Assembly (NCBI GenBank): GCA_963776725.1
Contig: CAVZOE010000021.1
Span: forward strand, 431,931 to 495,930
Direction of reading: 5' to 3'
From: an uncultured Candidatus Rokubacteria bacterium
Lineage (GTDB): Bacteria > Methylomirabilota > Methylomirabilia > Rokubacteriales > CSP1-6
Length of the DNA stretch: 64,000 nt
A program made the position numbers and the translations under genes. This document shows positions 20,230-32,224 of the stretch, in pieces (positions within the stretch are counted from its first letter, which is position 1; each line of letters opens with the position of its first letter). Below the pieces are notes generated by a model. That model did not search any database. It saw only the letters and a program-made list of their open reading frames with translations, and was not told the origin of the DNA.

Positions 20230-20266
20230 CGCGAAGCGAGCCTCTGGCGCCAGGCGCGGCGAGCCG

Positions 20267-21184
20267 TCAGCGCAGCGTCTCGCGGCGGAGATCCAGCACT
20301 CGCTCGGCGAGCAACGCCAGCATGCGCCAGGCCTTCTCGTGGTCGCGGGTGGCCTCGGCGTCGTCCGTGTACGTGTCGAGCAGGACGTACGTCGCCCCGA
20401 GTGACGCGAGCGCCTCGAGGTCGGCCCTGATCTGATCGAGGCTCCCCTCGCCCGCGATCCGCTGATCGTCCGGGAGCTTCGTGTCGGTGATGTTCAGGCG
20501 GATCCGCGGACACAGGGCCGGAACGGGCCGCCCTTCCTTGTCCGCGATCTCGCGCAGCTTCGGCCACCCGGTGTCGCGCAGCGACGGAACGCGGATGCGG
20601 ATCGGATGCCACGCATCCCCCAGGCGCACGGCGCGCCGCATGGCGGCCTCGCTGCCGCCGCCGACCCAGATCGGCGGGTGCGGCGACCGGACCGGAGGCG
20701 GCCCCGTCGCCACGTCGCGGAACGACACGAACGGCCCGGTGTAGGACGCGGGGTCGCTGGTCCACGCGGTCTTGATGGCCGCGAGATAGTCGCTGGACAT
20801 GGCGCCCCGCCGCTCGAAGGGCACGCCGAGCGCTTCGAACTCCTGCCTGGCCCAGCCCACGCCCACGCCGAAGATGAAGCGCCCACCGGAGAGCCGATCG
20901 ATGTTGGCGGCGAGCCGCGCGGTGTGCAGCGGATGGCGATACGGCAGGATGACCACCGTGGTGCCGAGCTCCACCCGGGTGGTGGCGCGCGCCAGCCAGG
21001 CCAGCGTCACGAACGGGTCGTAGTACGGCGCGGGGTAGCGCGCGACGACGTCCGGCGTCAGCGCGACGTGGTCGGAGATCATCACGAAGTGATAGCCGAG
21101 CGTCTCGGCGAGCTGCGTCCAGCCCGCCAGTGCCTCCGGGCTCACGCCCGGCCCGAAGTTGAGGAGGTTCACGCCGATTCGCAT
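20267..21184 (-). CDS. LLM-class F420-dependent oxidoreductase (luciferase-like monooxygenase family)
   Basis: The N-terminus is MRIGVNLLNFGPG.. with the LLM fold, and the product is intact. Confidence 0.7.
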   Translation of the reverse strand: MRIGVNLLNFGPGVSPEALAGWTQLAETLGYHFVMISDHVALTPDVVARYPAPYYDPFVTLAWLARATTRVELGTTVVILPYRHPLHTARLAANIDRLSGGRFIFGVGVGWARQEFEALGVPFERRGAMSSDYLAAIKTAWTSDPASYTGPFVSFRDVATGPPPVRSPHPPIWVGGGSEAAMRRAVRLGDAWHPIRIRVPSLRDTGWPKLREIADKEGRPVPALCPRIRLNITDTKLPDDQRIAGEGSLDQIRADLEALASLGATYVLLDTYTDDAEATRDHEKAWRMLALLAERVLDLRRETLR

Positions 21185-21259
21185 GCTCTGGCCACGCTCA
21201 CCCTGAACCAGAACGGGGGCCTTCGTCAACCGTGGCGGAGGGAAGGCTATAATCCGGCC

Positions 21260-21664
21260 ATGGACGACGCGGCCATCGAGCAGGCGCTGCGTGCTTTCTT
21301 CGGGAGCCAGGCGCCCGAGGTCATCGCCGCCTATCTGTTCGGGAGCGTCGCCCGCGGCACCTCCCGTACCACGAGCGACGTCGACGTGGCCATCCTGCTC
21401 GCGCGGCCGCCGGTGGCCGAACTCGCCGGCTTACCCCTGGATCTCGAAGGCGACCTCGAGCGCCTCCTCGGGATGCCCGCCCAGGTGGTCATCCTCAATC
21501 GCGCTCCCGCGGATCTGGTCCATCGGGTACTCCGCGACGGCAAGCTGCTCGTCGACCGGAACCCTTCCGTGCGCATTGCGTTCGAGGTGCGCGCGCGGAA
21601 CGAGTTCTTCGATCTCAAGCCGGTGCTCGACCGGTATCGAGCGGTCCGCGGCCCCGGCCGGTGA
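21260..21664 (+). CDS. mntA: Nucleotidyltransferase-domain antitoxin (MNT), type VII toxin-antitoxin system
   Basis: The active-site motif is ..LFGSVARGTSRTTSDVDVAIL.. (GSxxRG..DxD). The stop overlaps the start of the next gene (GTGA). Confidence 0.75.
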   Translation: MDDAAIEQALRAFFGSQAPEVIAAYLFGSVARGTSRTTSDVDVAILLARPPVAELAGLPLDLEGDLERLLGMPAQVVILNRAPADLVHRVLRDGKLLVDRNPSVRIAFEVRARNEFFDLKPVLDRYRAVRGPGR

Positions 21665-22071
21665 CCGACCGCGAGCTCATCGCCAAGAAGCTGGCCCTCA
21701 TCGAGACGTGCATTCAGCAACTGCGCCAGCTGGCCCGGCCGGCGGCCATCGCCACCGACATACGGGAGGAGCGCTTCGTCGAGCACACGCTGCAGATCGC
21801 CATTCAGGCGGCGCTCGACGTGGCCTCACACATCGTCTCGGACGAGCGCCTGGGCGAGCCGCGCACCAACCGCGAGCTGTTCGATCTCCTGGAGCGCCAG
21901 GCGTGGGTGGGGCCAGAGCAGGCCGCCACCATGCGGAGGATGGTCGGCGTTCGCAACCTCCTGGTGCACGGGTACGAGATCGTCGACGTCAGGATCGTGG
22001 TCGAGATCGTCGAGCACCGCCTGGACGATCTGCTGGGGTTCGTCGCTGCGATCCGGACGCGGCTCGGCTGA
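21661..22071 (+). CDS. hepT: HepT-like HEPN-domain toxin (DUF86), type VII toxin-antitoxin system
   Basis: The HEPN motif is R-N-L-L-V-H-G-Y (Rx4HxY). The GTG start overlaps the upstream stop. Confidence 0.75.
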   Translation: MTDRELIAKKLALIETCIQQLRQLARPAAIATDIREERFVEHTLQIAIQAALDVASHIVSDERLGEPRTNRELFDLLERQAWVGPEQAATMRRMVGVRNLLVHGYEIVDVRIVVEIVEHRLDDLLGFVAAIRTRLG

Positions 22072-22119
22072 TCCGAGGGCCGGCCAGCCCGACGGCATCG
22101 CTCGCCGCCGGCCCCTAGA

Positions 22120-24843
22120 TTGCCTGCGATGCGCGTGACCATCCTGCCGTCCGGCGCGCTCCACGCCGACCCGACGCCCGGCGATGACGAGCCGAGTGAC
22201 GGTCTGTCCGCCGCCGCGCGGGCCCGGGTCGCTCGCGCCTTCGCGCGGGGGCCCGGCCACGCTCTGCTCGACCTCGGCGCGACCGAGCTCGATGCACCCC
22301 TCTCACCGGCGCTCGCATTCCTGCGGGACATCGGCCGCGCGTTCGTCACCCGGCTCCGCGCCGTGCCCGACCTCGAAGAGCGGCGCGAGCGGGTCGAGGT
22401 CGATTGCCCGCCGGACGAGCGCGCCCGGCTGGCCGGTGCCGTCCCGCCCATGGACGGCGGCGAGTACGTCGATGCCGACTGGGTCGCCGCGCGCTGGGCC
22501 GACCTCCATCGCGCCTTCGCCGAGGAGATCCGCGCGCACCGCGGCTCCGTCGGAGACTGGCTCAGCGCACGCCATCCCTCGTGGCACACGGTCGGCAAGG
22601 TGTGCCTGCACCTGGCCGAGAACCGCGGGGACGACGATCGTCCCTTCGCCTTCCTCGCCACCTACGCCGTGCGGGCGGGCGCCGGCGGCAAGATGCAGCA
22701 CCGCCCGCTGGGGCGCGCGCTCGAGGAGTCCTCCGCGCGCGGCGACCGACAAGCGCTGCTCCACCTCCTGGTCCCGCTGCAGCGCGCCGCGGAACAGCAC
22801 GCCTGGCTGGGCGAGCTGATCGACTCCGGCGAGGTGTACGAGGCGATGGCGTGGACGCCGGCCGAGGCCCATCGCTTCCTGCGCGCCATCCCGGCGTTCG
22901 AGGCGGCCGGGCTGGTCGTGCGCGTGCCCGACTGGTGGCGCCCGCGACGCCCGCCGCGGCCCGAGGTCACCGTGCGCGTCGGCGAAAAGAAGCCGAGTGT
23001 CGCTCGGCATGGACGCCCTGCTCGACTTCTCGGTCGCCGTGACGCTGGGCGACGACAAGCTCACCGCCGCCGAGGTGCGCCAGCTCATGGCGTCGTCGGG
23101 CGGACTGGTGCGGCTGCGCGGGCAATGGGTCGAGCTCGATCGCGAGCGGCTGCGTGAGGTGCTCGACCACTGGGAGCACGTGCGGCGGCAGGCGGAGGAC
23201 GGTGGCGTCTCGTTCCTCGACGGCATGCGGCTGCTGGCTGGTGCGGCGCGGACCGACGACGAGGCCGTGGCGCTGCAGGCGGGCGAGGGCTGGTCGCGCG
23301 TCGAGGCCGGCGCCTGGCTCGCGCGTACGCTCGCCGGTCTGCGCGGCCCGGACGGGCTCGCGGCGGCCGACCCGGGCGCGGACCTTCGTGGCACCCTGCG
23401 GCCCTATCAGAAGGTCGGCGTGTCGTGGCTCGCGTTCGCCTCGTCGCTGCGCCTCGGCGTCTGCCTGGCCGACGACATGGGGCTCGGCAAGACGATCCAG
23501 GTGCTGGGCCTGCTGCTCCTGCACAAGCGGCGCGCGCGGGCCGGCGAGCCGCCCCATCTGCTCGTGGTGCCGGCCTCGCTGCTCGCCAACTGGCAGGCCG
23601 AGATCGAGCGCTTCGCGCCGTCGTTGACGACGCTGGTCGCGCATCCCTCCTCCATGCCGTCGCGCCAGATCGCCGAGCTGGCCGGCGCCGATCTCGGCGC
23701 CACCGATCTCGTCATCACCACCTACGGAACGCTGGGGCGCGTCGAGGCGCTCCGGGCGCGCGAGTGGTCGCTGGTCATCCTCGACGAGGCGCAGGCGATC
23801 AAGAACCCCGGCGCCCGGCAGACGCGGGCGGTCAAGGCGCTGAAGGCGCGGGCGCGCATCGCGCTCACCGGCACGCCCGTCGAGAACCGCCTCGGCGATC
23901 TGTGGTCGATCTTCGACTTCCTCGATCCGGGCCTGCTCGGCTCCGCGCGCGAGTTCTCGGCGTTCGTCAAGCGACTCGCCGAGCGCCCGGACGAGACCTA
24001 CGCGCCGCTGCGTCGCCTGATCCAGCCCTATCTGCTGCGCCGCCTCAAGACCGACCGCGCGGTCGTCGCCGACCTGCCCGACAAGACCGAGGTGAAGGCG
24101 TTCTGTCTGCTGTCCGGCCCGCAGGCCGGCGCTCTACCAGCAGACCGTCGACGAGCTCGAGCGCGCCATCGCGACCCTCACGCAGGGCATCGAGCGGCGC
24201 GGCCTCGTCCTGGCCTACCTCATGCGCTTCAAGCAGATCTGCAATCACCCGGCGCACTTGCTCGGTGACGCGCGTGTGGGACGAGGCGGGCAGCGGCAAG
24301 CTCGCGCGCCTGCGCGAGATCGTCGAGGCGGTCGCGGCGAAGCAGGAAAAGGTGCTCGTGTTCACGCAGTTTCGCGAGGCCACCGAGCCGCTGGCGGCGT
24401 TCCTCACCGATGTGTTCGGGCGGCCCGGGCTCGTCCTGCACGGCAGCACGCCCGTCCGGGCCCGCGGGGGGCTCGTGCAGCGCTTCCAGGAGGACGCGAC
24501 GGTACCGTTCTTCGTGCTGTCCGTGAAGGCCGGCGGCACGCGGCCTCAACCTCACCGCGGCGTCGCACGTGGTGCACTTCGACCGGTGGTGGAATCCCGC
24601 GGTCGAGGATCAGGCGACCGACCGCGCCTACCGCATCGGCCAGCACCAGAACGTGCTCGTGCACAAGCTCGTGTGCCGCGGCACCGTCGAGGAGCGTATC
24701 GATCGGCTCATCGAGGACAAGCAGACGATGGTGCGCGGCGTCCTGGCCGGTGGCGGCGAGACCCTGCTGACCGAGATGAGCGACGACGAGCTGATGGCCA
24801 TGGTGGCGCTCGACCTGCGGCGGGCCACGGCCGAAGCGTGAGA
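22120..24843 (+). CDS. SNF2-family DEAD/DEAH helicase (RapA/HepA-like) with a long N-terminal domain, at least 3 frameshifts
   Basis: Motifs are ..LRPYQKVGVSWLAF..LADDMGLGKTIQ.., ..LVILDEAQAIKNP.., ..ALTGTPVENRLGDLWS.. and a C-terminal helicase domain ..RAYRIGQHQNVLVHKLVCRGTVEERI... The reading switches frames near 22990, 24120 and 24540. Confidence 0.7.
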
Positions 24844-24854
24844 TAGGCAACGCG

Positions 24855-25664
24855 ATGGCCCGATACGACGACGACGGCTGGGCCTACTACCCGCCCTACG
24901 TGTCGGTGGCGGATAAAAAAGCGCAGGGAGCCCGGGCGCTGGCCAAGCTCTTGAAGAAGGGCAAGCGGGTCGCCGAACCGGTCGAGATCACGCACCGCAA
25001 GCGGCAGCTCACCACCACGTTCTGGGGCAAGGCCTGGTCCGACAACCTCGCGCGCTACGCCGACCTCGTCAACCGCCTGCCGCGCGGTCGGGCGTACCTG
25101 AGCAATGGCTCGGTCCTCGACCTGGCGATCGCCGGAGGGCGAGTCGAGGCCTACGTGGCCGGCAGCGAGCTGTACCGGGTGACGATCAGCATGGCCCCCC
25201 TGGCGAAGGCGCGCTGGCGGCGCGTCGTCACGCGCTGCACCGGCCGCATCGGCTCGCTCGTCGGACTGCTGCGCGGCGAGCTGTCCGACGACGTGCTCGC
25301 CGTGCTGACCGACGCCGAGGACGGCCTGTTTCCCGAGCCACGCGAGATGAAGCTCGACTGCTCGTGCCCGGACGCCGCCGAGGTGTGCAAGCACGTCGCG
25401 GCGGTGCTCTACGGCGTGGGCGTCCGCCTCGACGCCCGGCCGGAGCTGTTCTTCGTGCTGCGCCAGGTGGACCAGGCCGAGCTGCTCAGCTCGGCGACCG
25501 CCGGCGCCGTGTCGCGCGCGCGGCCGGCGGCGGGCAAGCGCATCGCCGATGACCGCCTGTCGGCGGTGTTCGGGATCGAGCTGGAAGACGTCCCGCCACG
25601 GGCGGACCGTCCGTCACGTTCGAACAAGCGCCCGCGCACGCCGGCCTCCCGCGTCAAGCGTTGA
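24855..25664 (+). CDS. SWIM zinc-finger domain protein
   Basis: The CxCxnCxH motif is ..LDCSCPDAAEVCKHVAAVLYG... It lies 12 nt after the SNF2 gene. Confidence 0.7.
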   Translation: MARYDDDGWAYYPPYVSVADKKAQGARALAKLLKKGKRVAEPVEITHRKRQLTTTFWGKAWSDNLARYADLVNRLPRGRAYLSNGSVLDLAIAGGRVEAYVAGSELYRVTISMAPLAKARWRRVVTRCTGRIGSLVGLLRGELSDDVLAVLTDAEDGLFPEPREMKLDCSCPDAAEVCKHVAAVLYGVGVRLDARPELFFVLRQVDQAELLSSATAGAVSRARPAAGKRIADDRLSAVFGIELEDVPPRADRPSRSNKRPRTPASRVKR

Positions 25665-25726
25665 GCGCGAGATAACTCCGGCGGAGACGCGTCGACTGCC
25701 GTATCGTGGCCGCCGGGAGGCAATCA

Positions 25727-27279
25727 TGACCGCGTTCCGGCTCGCCGCGTCGCTCGCCTGGGTCGCCATGCTCGGAGTCGCCGACGCAGCGGCGCAGCCC
25801 AGCCTGACTCCACCGGTGCAGGTCGAGGGCGGTACCGTCGTCGGCACGCGCGACGGCGCCCTGTCGAGCTACAAGGGGATCCCGTTCGCCGCCCCACCGG
25901 TGCTCGGTCTGCGGTGGCGTCCGCCGGCGCCGGTCGTGTCGTGGTCGGGCGTGCGCATTGCCGATCGCTTCTCGGCCATGTGCCCGCAGCCGCTGCGGCA
26001 GAAGCACTCAGTCTTCTATCTGGGTGAAGAGCCGTGGAGCGAGGACTGTCTCTACCTCAACGTCTGGTCGACGGCCACCGCGGGCGAGCGACGCCCGGTG
26101 ATGGTGTTCGTCTACGGCGGGGGCTGGACGATCGGCTCCGGCTCGCTGCCGCTCTACGCCGGCGATGGCTTGGCGCGTAAGGGCGCCGTCGTCGTCACGT
26201 TCAACTACCGCGTCGGCGCGCTGGGCTTCCTCGCCCATCCGGAGCTGACGGCGGAGGCGGGCGGGCGCGGGTCGGGTAACTACGGCCTGATGGACATGGT
26301 CGCCGCTCTCCAGTGGGTGCGCGCCAACATCGCCCGCTTCGGGGGCGATCCGGCCAACGTCACGCTCTACGGCCAGTCGGCTGGCGCCGCCGGCATCTCG
26401 CTGCTGCAGACCTCGCCGCTGGCGCACGGGCTCTTCCACCGCGCCATCGGCGAGAGCGGCAGCTATGCGATGTCCGGCCCGCTGCCGTCGCGGGCCGACG
26501 CCGAGAATGCCGGCGTCGCCTCGGTGGAGAAGCTGAAGGCCTCGTCGATCGCGGCGCTGCGCAATATCGGGGCCGACGCCATCATGGCGGGCGACAATGC
26601 CCAGCGGCCGATCCTCGACGGCGTGGTGTTCCTCGAGCAGCCGGCCGAGGTCTATCGCACGGGCCGCCAGATGGCGGTGCCCACGCTGCTCGGCGCCAAC
26701 GCCGATGAGGGCACGGCGTACCCGGTGGCGGTGCTACCCGCCGCCTTCGCGGCCGACGCGCGCCAGCGCTACGGCGAGCGCGCCGACGCGCTGCTCGCCC
26801 TGTACCCCGCCCAGACCGACGCCGAGGCGCGCGCGGCCAGCTATGCCCTGATGCGTGACCGGACCTTCGCGGCGCCACTGCGGCGCTGGGCGCTCGAGCA
26901 GGCGCCCATCGCGCCCGTGTTCATGTACCACTTCAGCCGGCACCAGCCCTTCGTCGAGGGGCTGAGCTATCAGCAGCAGTCGCCGGCCAGTCGCCTGGGC
27001 GCCTATCACGGCGCCGAGATGGCGTACGCGTTCGGAAGCCTCGACGTCCTCAATCGAAGCCGCGTGACGCGCGCGTGGACCGAGGACGACCGGAAGTACT
27101 CGGAGACCATGATGACCTACTGGATCAACTTCGCCCGCACCGGCCATCCCAACGCCGCGGGCCTGGTCCCCTGGCCGGCTTACACGGCGGAGAGCGAGCA
27201 GGTCATGCTGTTCGCGGAGCAGATGCGCAGCGGCGATCTGCCCAACAAGCCCCAGCTCGATTTCTTCAAGGAACGCTGA
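25727..27279 (+). CDS. Secreted type-B carboxylesterase/lipase
   Basis: There is a signal peptide. The nucleophile elbow is GQSAGA, with EDCLYLNVW upstream. The 517-aa product is intact. Confidence 0.8.
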
Positions 27280-27321
27280 CCGCTCGGTCGGAGAGCCAGC
27301 AACCATGACGAGCCGGCAATC

Positions 27322-28333
27322 ATGACGTCGACAGCGAAGCCGCGAGTGGCGCTCATCGGAACCGGCGGGACGATCTCCTCGATCGGCCGCGACAGCCTCG
27401 ACGTCTGGGAGTACATGGACACGAGCCGCAAGGCGGAGCCCGACGAGCTCCTGCAGCGGTTCCCGGAGGTCGCCGGGGCCGCCGACGATCGTCACCGTCC
27501 GCTTCCGCGCCGTCGGCAGCACGGCGATCGGGCCGGCCGACTGGCTCGCGCTCGATGCGGCCGTGCACGACGCGGTCGCGCGGCAGGCGCCCCTCGACGG
27601 CGTCGTGATCACGCACGGCACCGCCACGCTCGAGGAGACCGCGTACTTCCTGAACCTCACGCTCAAGGTCGACGTCCCCGTGGTGGTGGTCGGCGCGCAG
27701 CGGCCGGCCACCGGCCTCAGCTCCGACGCGGCGATGAACCTCCTGAACGCAGTCCGCGTGGCGGGAGCGCCGGCGGCGCGCGGGCTCGGCGTGCTGGTCC
27801 TGCTCAACGACGAGATCCAGGCCGCGCGCGAGGTCACCAAGGCCTCGACGCTCCGGGTCGAGACCTTCCGCAGCCACGACCTCGGGATGCTCGGCTACGC
27901 CGACCCCGACGGCCGCATCGCCATCTACCGCAAGCCGACGCGGCGCCACGCCCCCGCCACCGAGTTCGACGTGCGCGGGCGCACGGAGCTGCCGCGCGTC
28001 GACATCGTCGCCTCGTACGCCGGCGCCGACGGCGCGGCCATCGACGCCTTCGTCGCCGCCGGCGCCCGGGCGATCGTCTCGGCCTCCCTGCCGCCGGGGG
28101 TGACGACGCCGGCCGAGAGCGACGCGCTGCTGCAGGCGCGCCGCCGCGGAGTCGTGGTGGTGCTCTCGAGCCGGGCCGGCAGTGGACGCGTGCTGCCCCG
28201 CACCATGCTCCGCGAGCGCGGCTTCGTCGTCGCCGACAATCTCAATCCCCAGAAGGCGCGCGTGCTGGCGATGCTCGCGCTCACCCGCACCGACGATCCG
28301 GTCGAGGTCCAGCGCCTGTTCGACGAGTACTGA
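27322..28333 (+). CDS. L-asparaginase (type I/II family), one frameshift near 27490
   Basis: MTSTAKPRVALIGTGGTISS.. (the TGGTI motif) is followed by ..VVITHGTATLEETAYFLNL.. Confidence 0.7.
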
Positions 28334-28429
28334 GCAGGCTCGCCGCCCACCGGGCCGCGACGCGCATCCGCAGGCTCGCTACCCACATCCTCGGCCATCC
28401 CTACTGCACGCTTCCTCGGCAGTGAGTCG

Positions 28430-28458
28430 TTGACCTTCGTGCCTAGCCGGTCGATACT
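28430..28458 (+). promoter_or_regulatory. Sigma-70-like promoter TTGACC-17-GATACT
   Basis: Near-consensus boxes with a 17-nt spacer lie about 50 nt upstream of ATG 28510, which has a GGAGG RBS. Confidence 0.4.
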
Positions 28459-28509
28459 CTGGCCCGACCAATCGAATCCGAAGCCCCTGTCGAATCCTGG
28501 AGGCCCCGC

Positions 28510-29175
28510 ATGAATCGCAGAACCCGGTTGTGGATCGTCGCATCAGTCGCGTTCCTGTCACTCGCCGGCAGCGCCGACGTGTACGCGCAGCAGTCGGAGG
28601 CGACGTTCTTCATCACGAGCACCGGCTCCGGAAAAGGCGCGGACCTCGGCGGCATCGCCGGCGCCGATCAGCACTGCCAGCACCTCGCGCAGGCGGCCGG
28701 CCTCGGCGCCAAGACCTGGCACGCGTATCTCAGCACGCAGGGGGCCGGCGCCGTCAACGCGCGCGATCGCATCGGCCAGGGCCCCTGGCAGAACGCCAAG
28801 GGTGTCGTCGTCGCCAAGAGCGTCGCCGACCTGCACGGCCAGAACAACATCACCAAGCAGACGGCCCTGACCGAGAAGGGTGACGTGGTCAACGGGCGCG
28901 GCGATACGCCGAACATGCACGACATCCTGACCGGCTCGCAGCCGGACGGCACCGCGTTCCCGGCCGGCGAGGACAAGACCTGCAGCAACTGGACGAAGAG
29001 TGGCCAGGGGGCGGCGGTGGTCGGCCACTCCGACCGCCAGGGGCTGCGCGACGACGACGCGTCGAAGTCGTGGAACTCGTCGCACACCTCGCGCGGGCCG
29101 GACGGCGGCTGCAGTCAGAACGATCTCAAGAGCACGGGCGGCAACGGCCTGTTCTTCTGCTTCGGGACGAAGTAG
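28510..29175 (+). CDS. Secreted Cys-containing hypothetical protein
   Basis: There is a signal peptide (MNRRTRLWIVASVAFLSLAGSADVYA) and 6 Cys residues. I recognise no domain. Confidence 0.5.
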   Translation: MNRRTRLWIVASVAFLSLAGSADVYAQQSEATFFITSTGSGKGADLGGIAGADQHCQHLAQAAGLGAKTWHAYLSTQGAGAVNARDRIGQGPWQNAKGVVVAKSVADLHGQNNITKQTALTEKGDVVNGRGDTPNMHDILTGSQPDGTAFPAGEDKTCSNWTKSGQGAAVVGHSDRQGLRDDDASKSWNSSHTSRGPDGGCSQNDLKSTGGNGLFFCFGTK

Positions 29176-29180
29176 CCGCT

Positions 29181-30218
<1,038 letters not shown>

Positions 30219-30308
30219 GGCGCTTTCCTCCTGCCGGGATTGTACCGTCAGCGTCGGCCCGGGGCCGAGGCGTTGAGCCCTGGCCACGATTGCCGTATGG
30301 TTGCGGGC

Positions 30309-31190
30309 ATGAAGATCCGCATCGGTGTGGGAGCGGCCGGCGCATCCGCGACGCCGGCGGCGCTGGGCGAGCTGGTGGCGAGCATCGACGAGCTGGGCTT
30401 CGATTCGCTCTGGCTGTCGGAAGTCCTGACCGGGCCCGTGCTCGATCCCGTCGTGGGCCTGGCGTGGGCGGCGGCCAGCAACCCGCGGGTGAAGCTCGGC
30501 ACCACGATGCTGCTGCCCGGGCGCAACGTCCTGCGCCTGGCCAAGCAGCTCGCGAGCCTGGACGTGCTGTGCCACGGGCGGCTGCTGGTGACGCTGGTGC
30601 CCGGCCTCACCTACCCGCCGGAGCGCGAGGCGATCGGCGTGGATCCCAAGCGCCGGGGCGCGTTCATCGACGAGGCGCTGCCGCTGCTGCGGCGGCTGTG
30701 GGCGGGCGAGACGGTGAGCCACGAGGGCGCCGTCGGCACCTTGCAGGGCGTCAAGCTCTCGCCCCTGCCGATCCAGCGCCCGCTCGAGGTGTGGCTGGGC
30801 GGCACGGTGCCCGCCGCCCTCGAGCGCTGCGGCCGGCTCTCGGATGGCTGGCTGCCGTCGCTGTGCACGCCCGACGAGGCGGCGGCGGGGCGCGTGGTGA
30901 TCGACAAGGCCGCGGCGGAGGCGGGCCGCTCGATCAGCGGCGAGCATTTCGGCATGAGCATCGGCTACGCGCGCGAGGCGATCGATCCGGCGACCGCGCG
31001 CACGATGGCCGCCCGGCGGCCGCGCTCGCTCGAGCTCACGCCGGTGGGGCTGCCGGCCCTGCGTCAGCTCATCGAGCGCTTCATCGCCGTGGGCTTCTCG
31101 AAGTTCGTCCTGCGCCCGGTGGTCCCGCCGGCCTCCTGGCGCGCCGAGCTGCAGGCGCTGGCCGGCGCGGTGGGCGATCTGCAGACCTAG
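30309..31190 (+). CDS. LLM-class F420-dependent oxidoreductase (second copy)
   Basis: The N-terminus is MKIRIGVG.. and the protein has similar architecture to 20267..21184. Confidence 0.65.
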   Translation: MKIRIGVGAAGASATPAALGELVASIDELGFDSLWLSEVLTGPVLDPVVGLAWAAASNPRVKLGTTMLLPGRNVLRLAKQLASLDVLCHGRLLVTLVPGLTYPPEREAIGVDPKRRGAFIDEALPLLRRLWAGETVSHEGAVGTLQGVKLSPLPIQRPLEVWLGGTVPAALERCGRLSDGWLPSLCTPDEAAAGRVVIDKAAAEAGRSISGEHFGMSIGYAREAIDPATARTMAARRPRSLELTPVGLPALRQLIERFIAVGFSKFVLRPVVPPASWRAELQALAGAVGDLQT

Positions 31191-31205
31191 ACCCGCTCCG
31201 GCGCC

Positions 31206-32168
31206 TCACTTCCCGGGCGTCGGAATCTGCATCAGCAGATTGCTGCCGGTTCCCGTGACGAACTGCGGCAGCCGCCCATCCCACTTCGCGAGATATTGCT
31301 GCTGGATCATCACGGGCGTCAGCGACTGCGTGACCTTGGCGTTGTACTCCGACTCCGCCGCCGCGCGCAGGCGCGTCGCCGCGGCTTCACCCTCGGCCCG
31401 GGCCTGCAGGGCCGCGCCCTCGCCGCGCTCCTTGGCCACCTTGGATTCGGCCTCGCGCTTGGCCTGGTCGACCTCGTAGCGCTTCTGCTCGGCCACCTGC
31501 TGGGCGATCTGCTTGCGCTCGACGGCCTGCTCGAAGTCCTTGTCGAAGCGAATGTCCTTGATGGAGACCTCGGTCACCTGGATGCCGTACTTGGCCAGCC
31601 ACTTCGTCAGCCCGTCCTGCACGTCCGCCTTGATCTTCGGACGCTGCTGCAGGATGTCGTTGGCCGCGTGGACGGCGGTCTGCGCCTTCAGCACCTCGGC
31701 CGCCGCCGGATCGATGATCGACTGCTCGTAGCGCAGGCCGACCGTGCGGTAGACCTCGGGGGCGCGGTCGCCGATCAGCCGGAAGTTCAGCGCCATCACC
31801 GCGTGGACGGCCTGGATGTCCACCGACGCCGCGTCGTACTTGGCCTCGTGCTTCTGCACGCGCGTGTCCATCTGGATCACGTCCTTGTAGGGCATGACCA
31901 GGTGCAGGCCGTTGAAGAGCGGGTCCTTCTCCACGTTGCCGAACACGGTCACCACGCCCACGTGCCCGGAGTCGACGACCACGAAGCTCGACACGAGGAT
32001 GATGAGCAGGCCGAGCGCCACGCCCAGCACCTGCACCGCGCGGCCCACGGTGATCCACGGCACCGGCCGGTGCCCGGCCTCGCGCACCTGCGCCGCCATG
32101 GCCAGCAGCGCCCGGCCCACGACGATTCCGCCGACGATCAGCAGCAACGCGAAGATCAGCTTGCTCAT
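31206..32168 (-). CDS. SPFH/band-7 (prohibitin-like) membrane protein
   Basis: An N-terminal TM segment is followed by the PHB domain ..VVDSGHVGVVTVFGNV.. and a C-terminal coiled-coil region rich in A/E/K/R. Confidence 0.75.
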   Translation of the reverse strand: MSKLIFALLLIVGGIVVGRALLAMAAQVREAGHRPVPWITVGRAVQVLGVALGLLIILVSSFVVVDSGHVGVVTVFGNVEKDPLFNGLHLVMPYKDVIQMDTRVQKHEAKYDAASVDIQAVHAVMALNFRLIGDRAPEVYRTVGLRYEQSIIDPAAAEVLKAQTAVHAANDILQQRPKIKADVQDGLTKWLAKYGIQVTEVSIKDIRFDKDFEQAVERKQIAQQVAEQKRYEVDQAKREAESKVAKERGEGAALQARAEGEAAATRLRAAAESEYNAKVTQSLTPVMIQQQYLAKWDGRLPQFVTGTGSNLLMQIPTPGK

Positions 32169-32224
32169 GGTCCCCTCCCCGGCCGTGGTGAGCCGGCCCT
32201 GGTACGTGAGCGGCTTCGCCTCGA

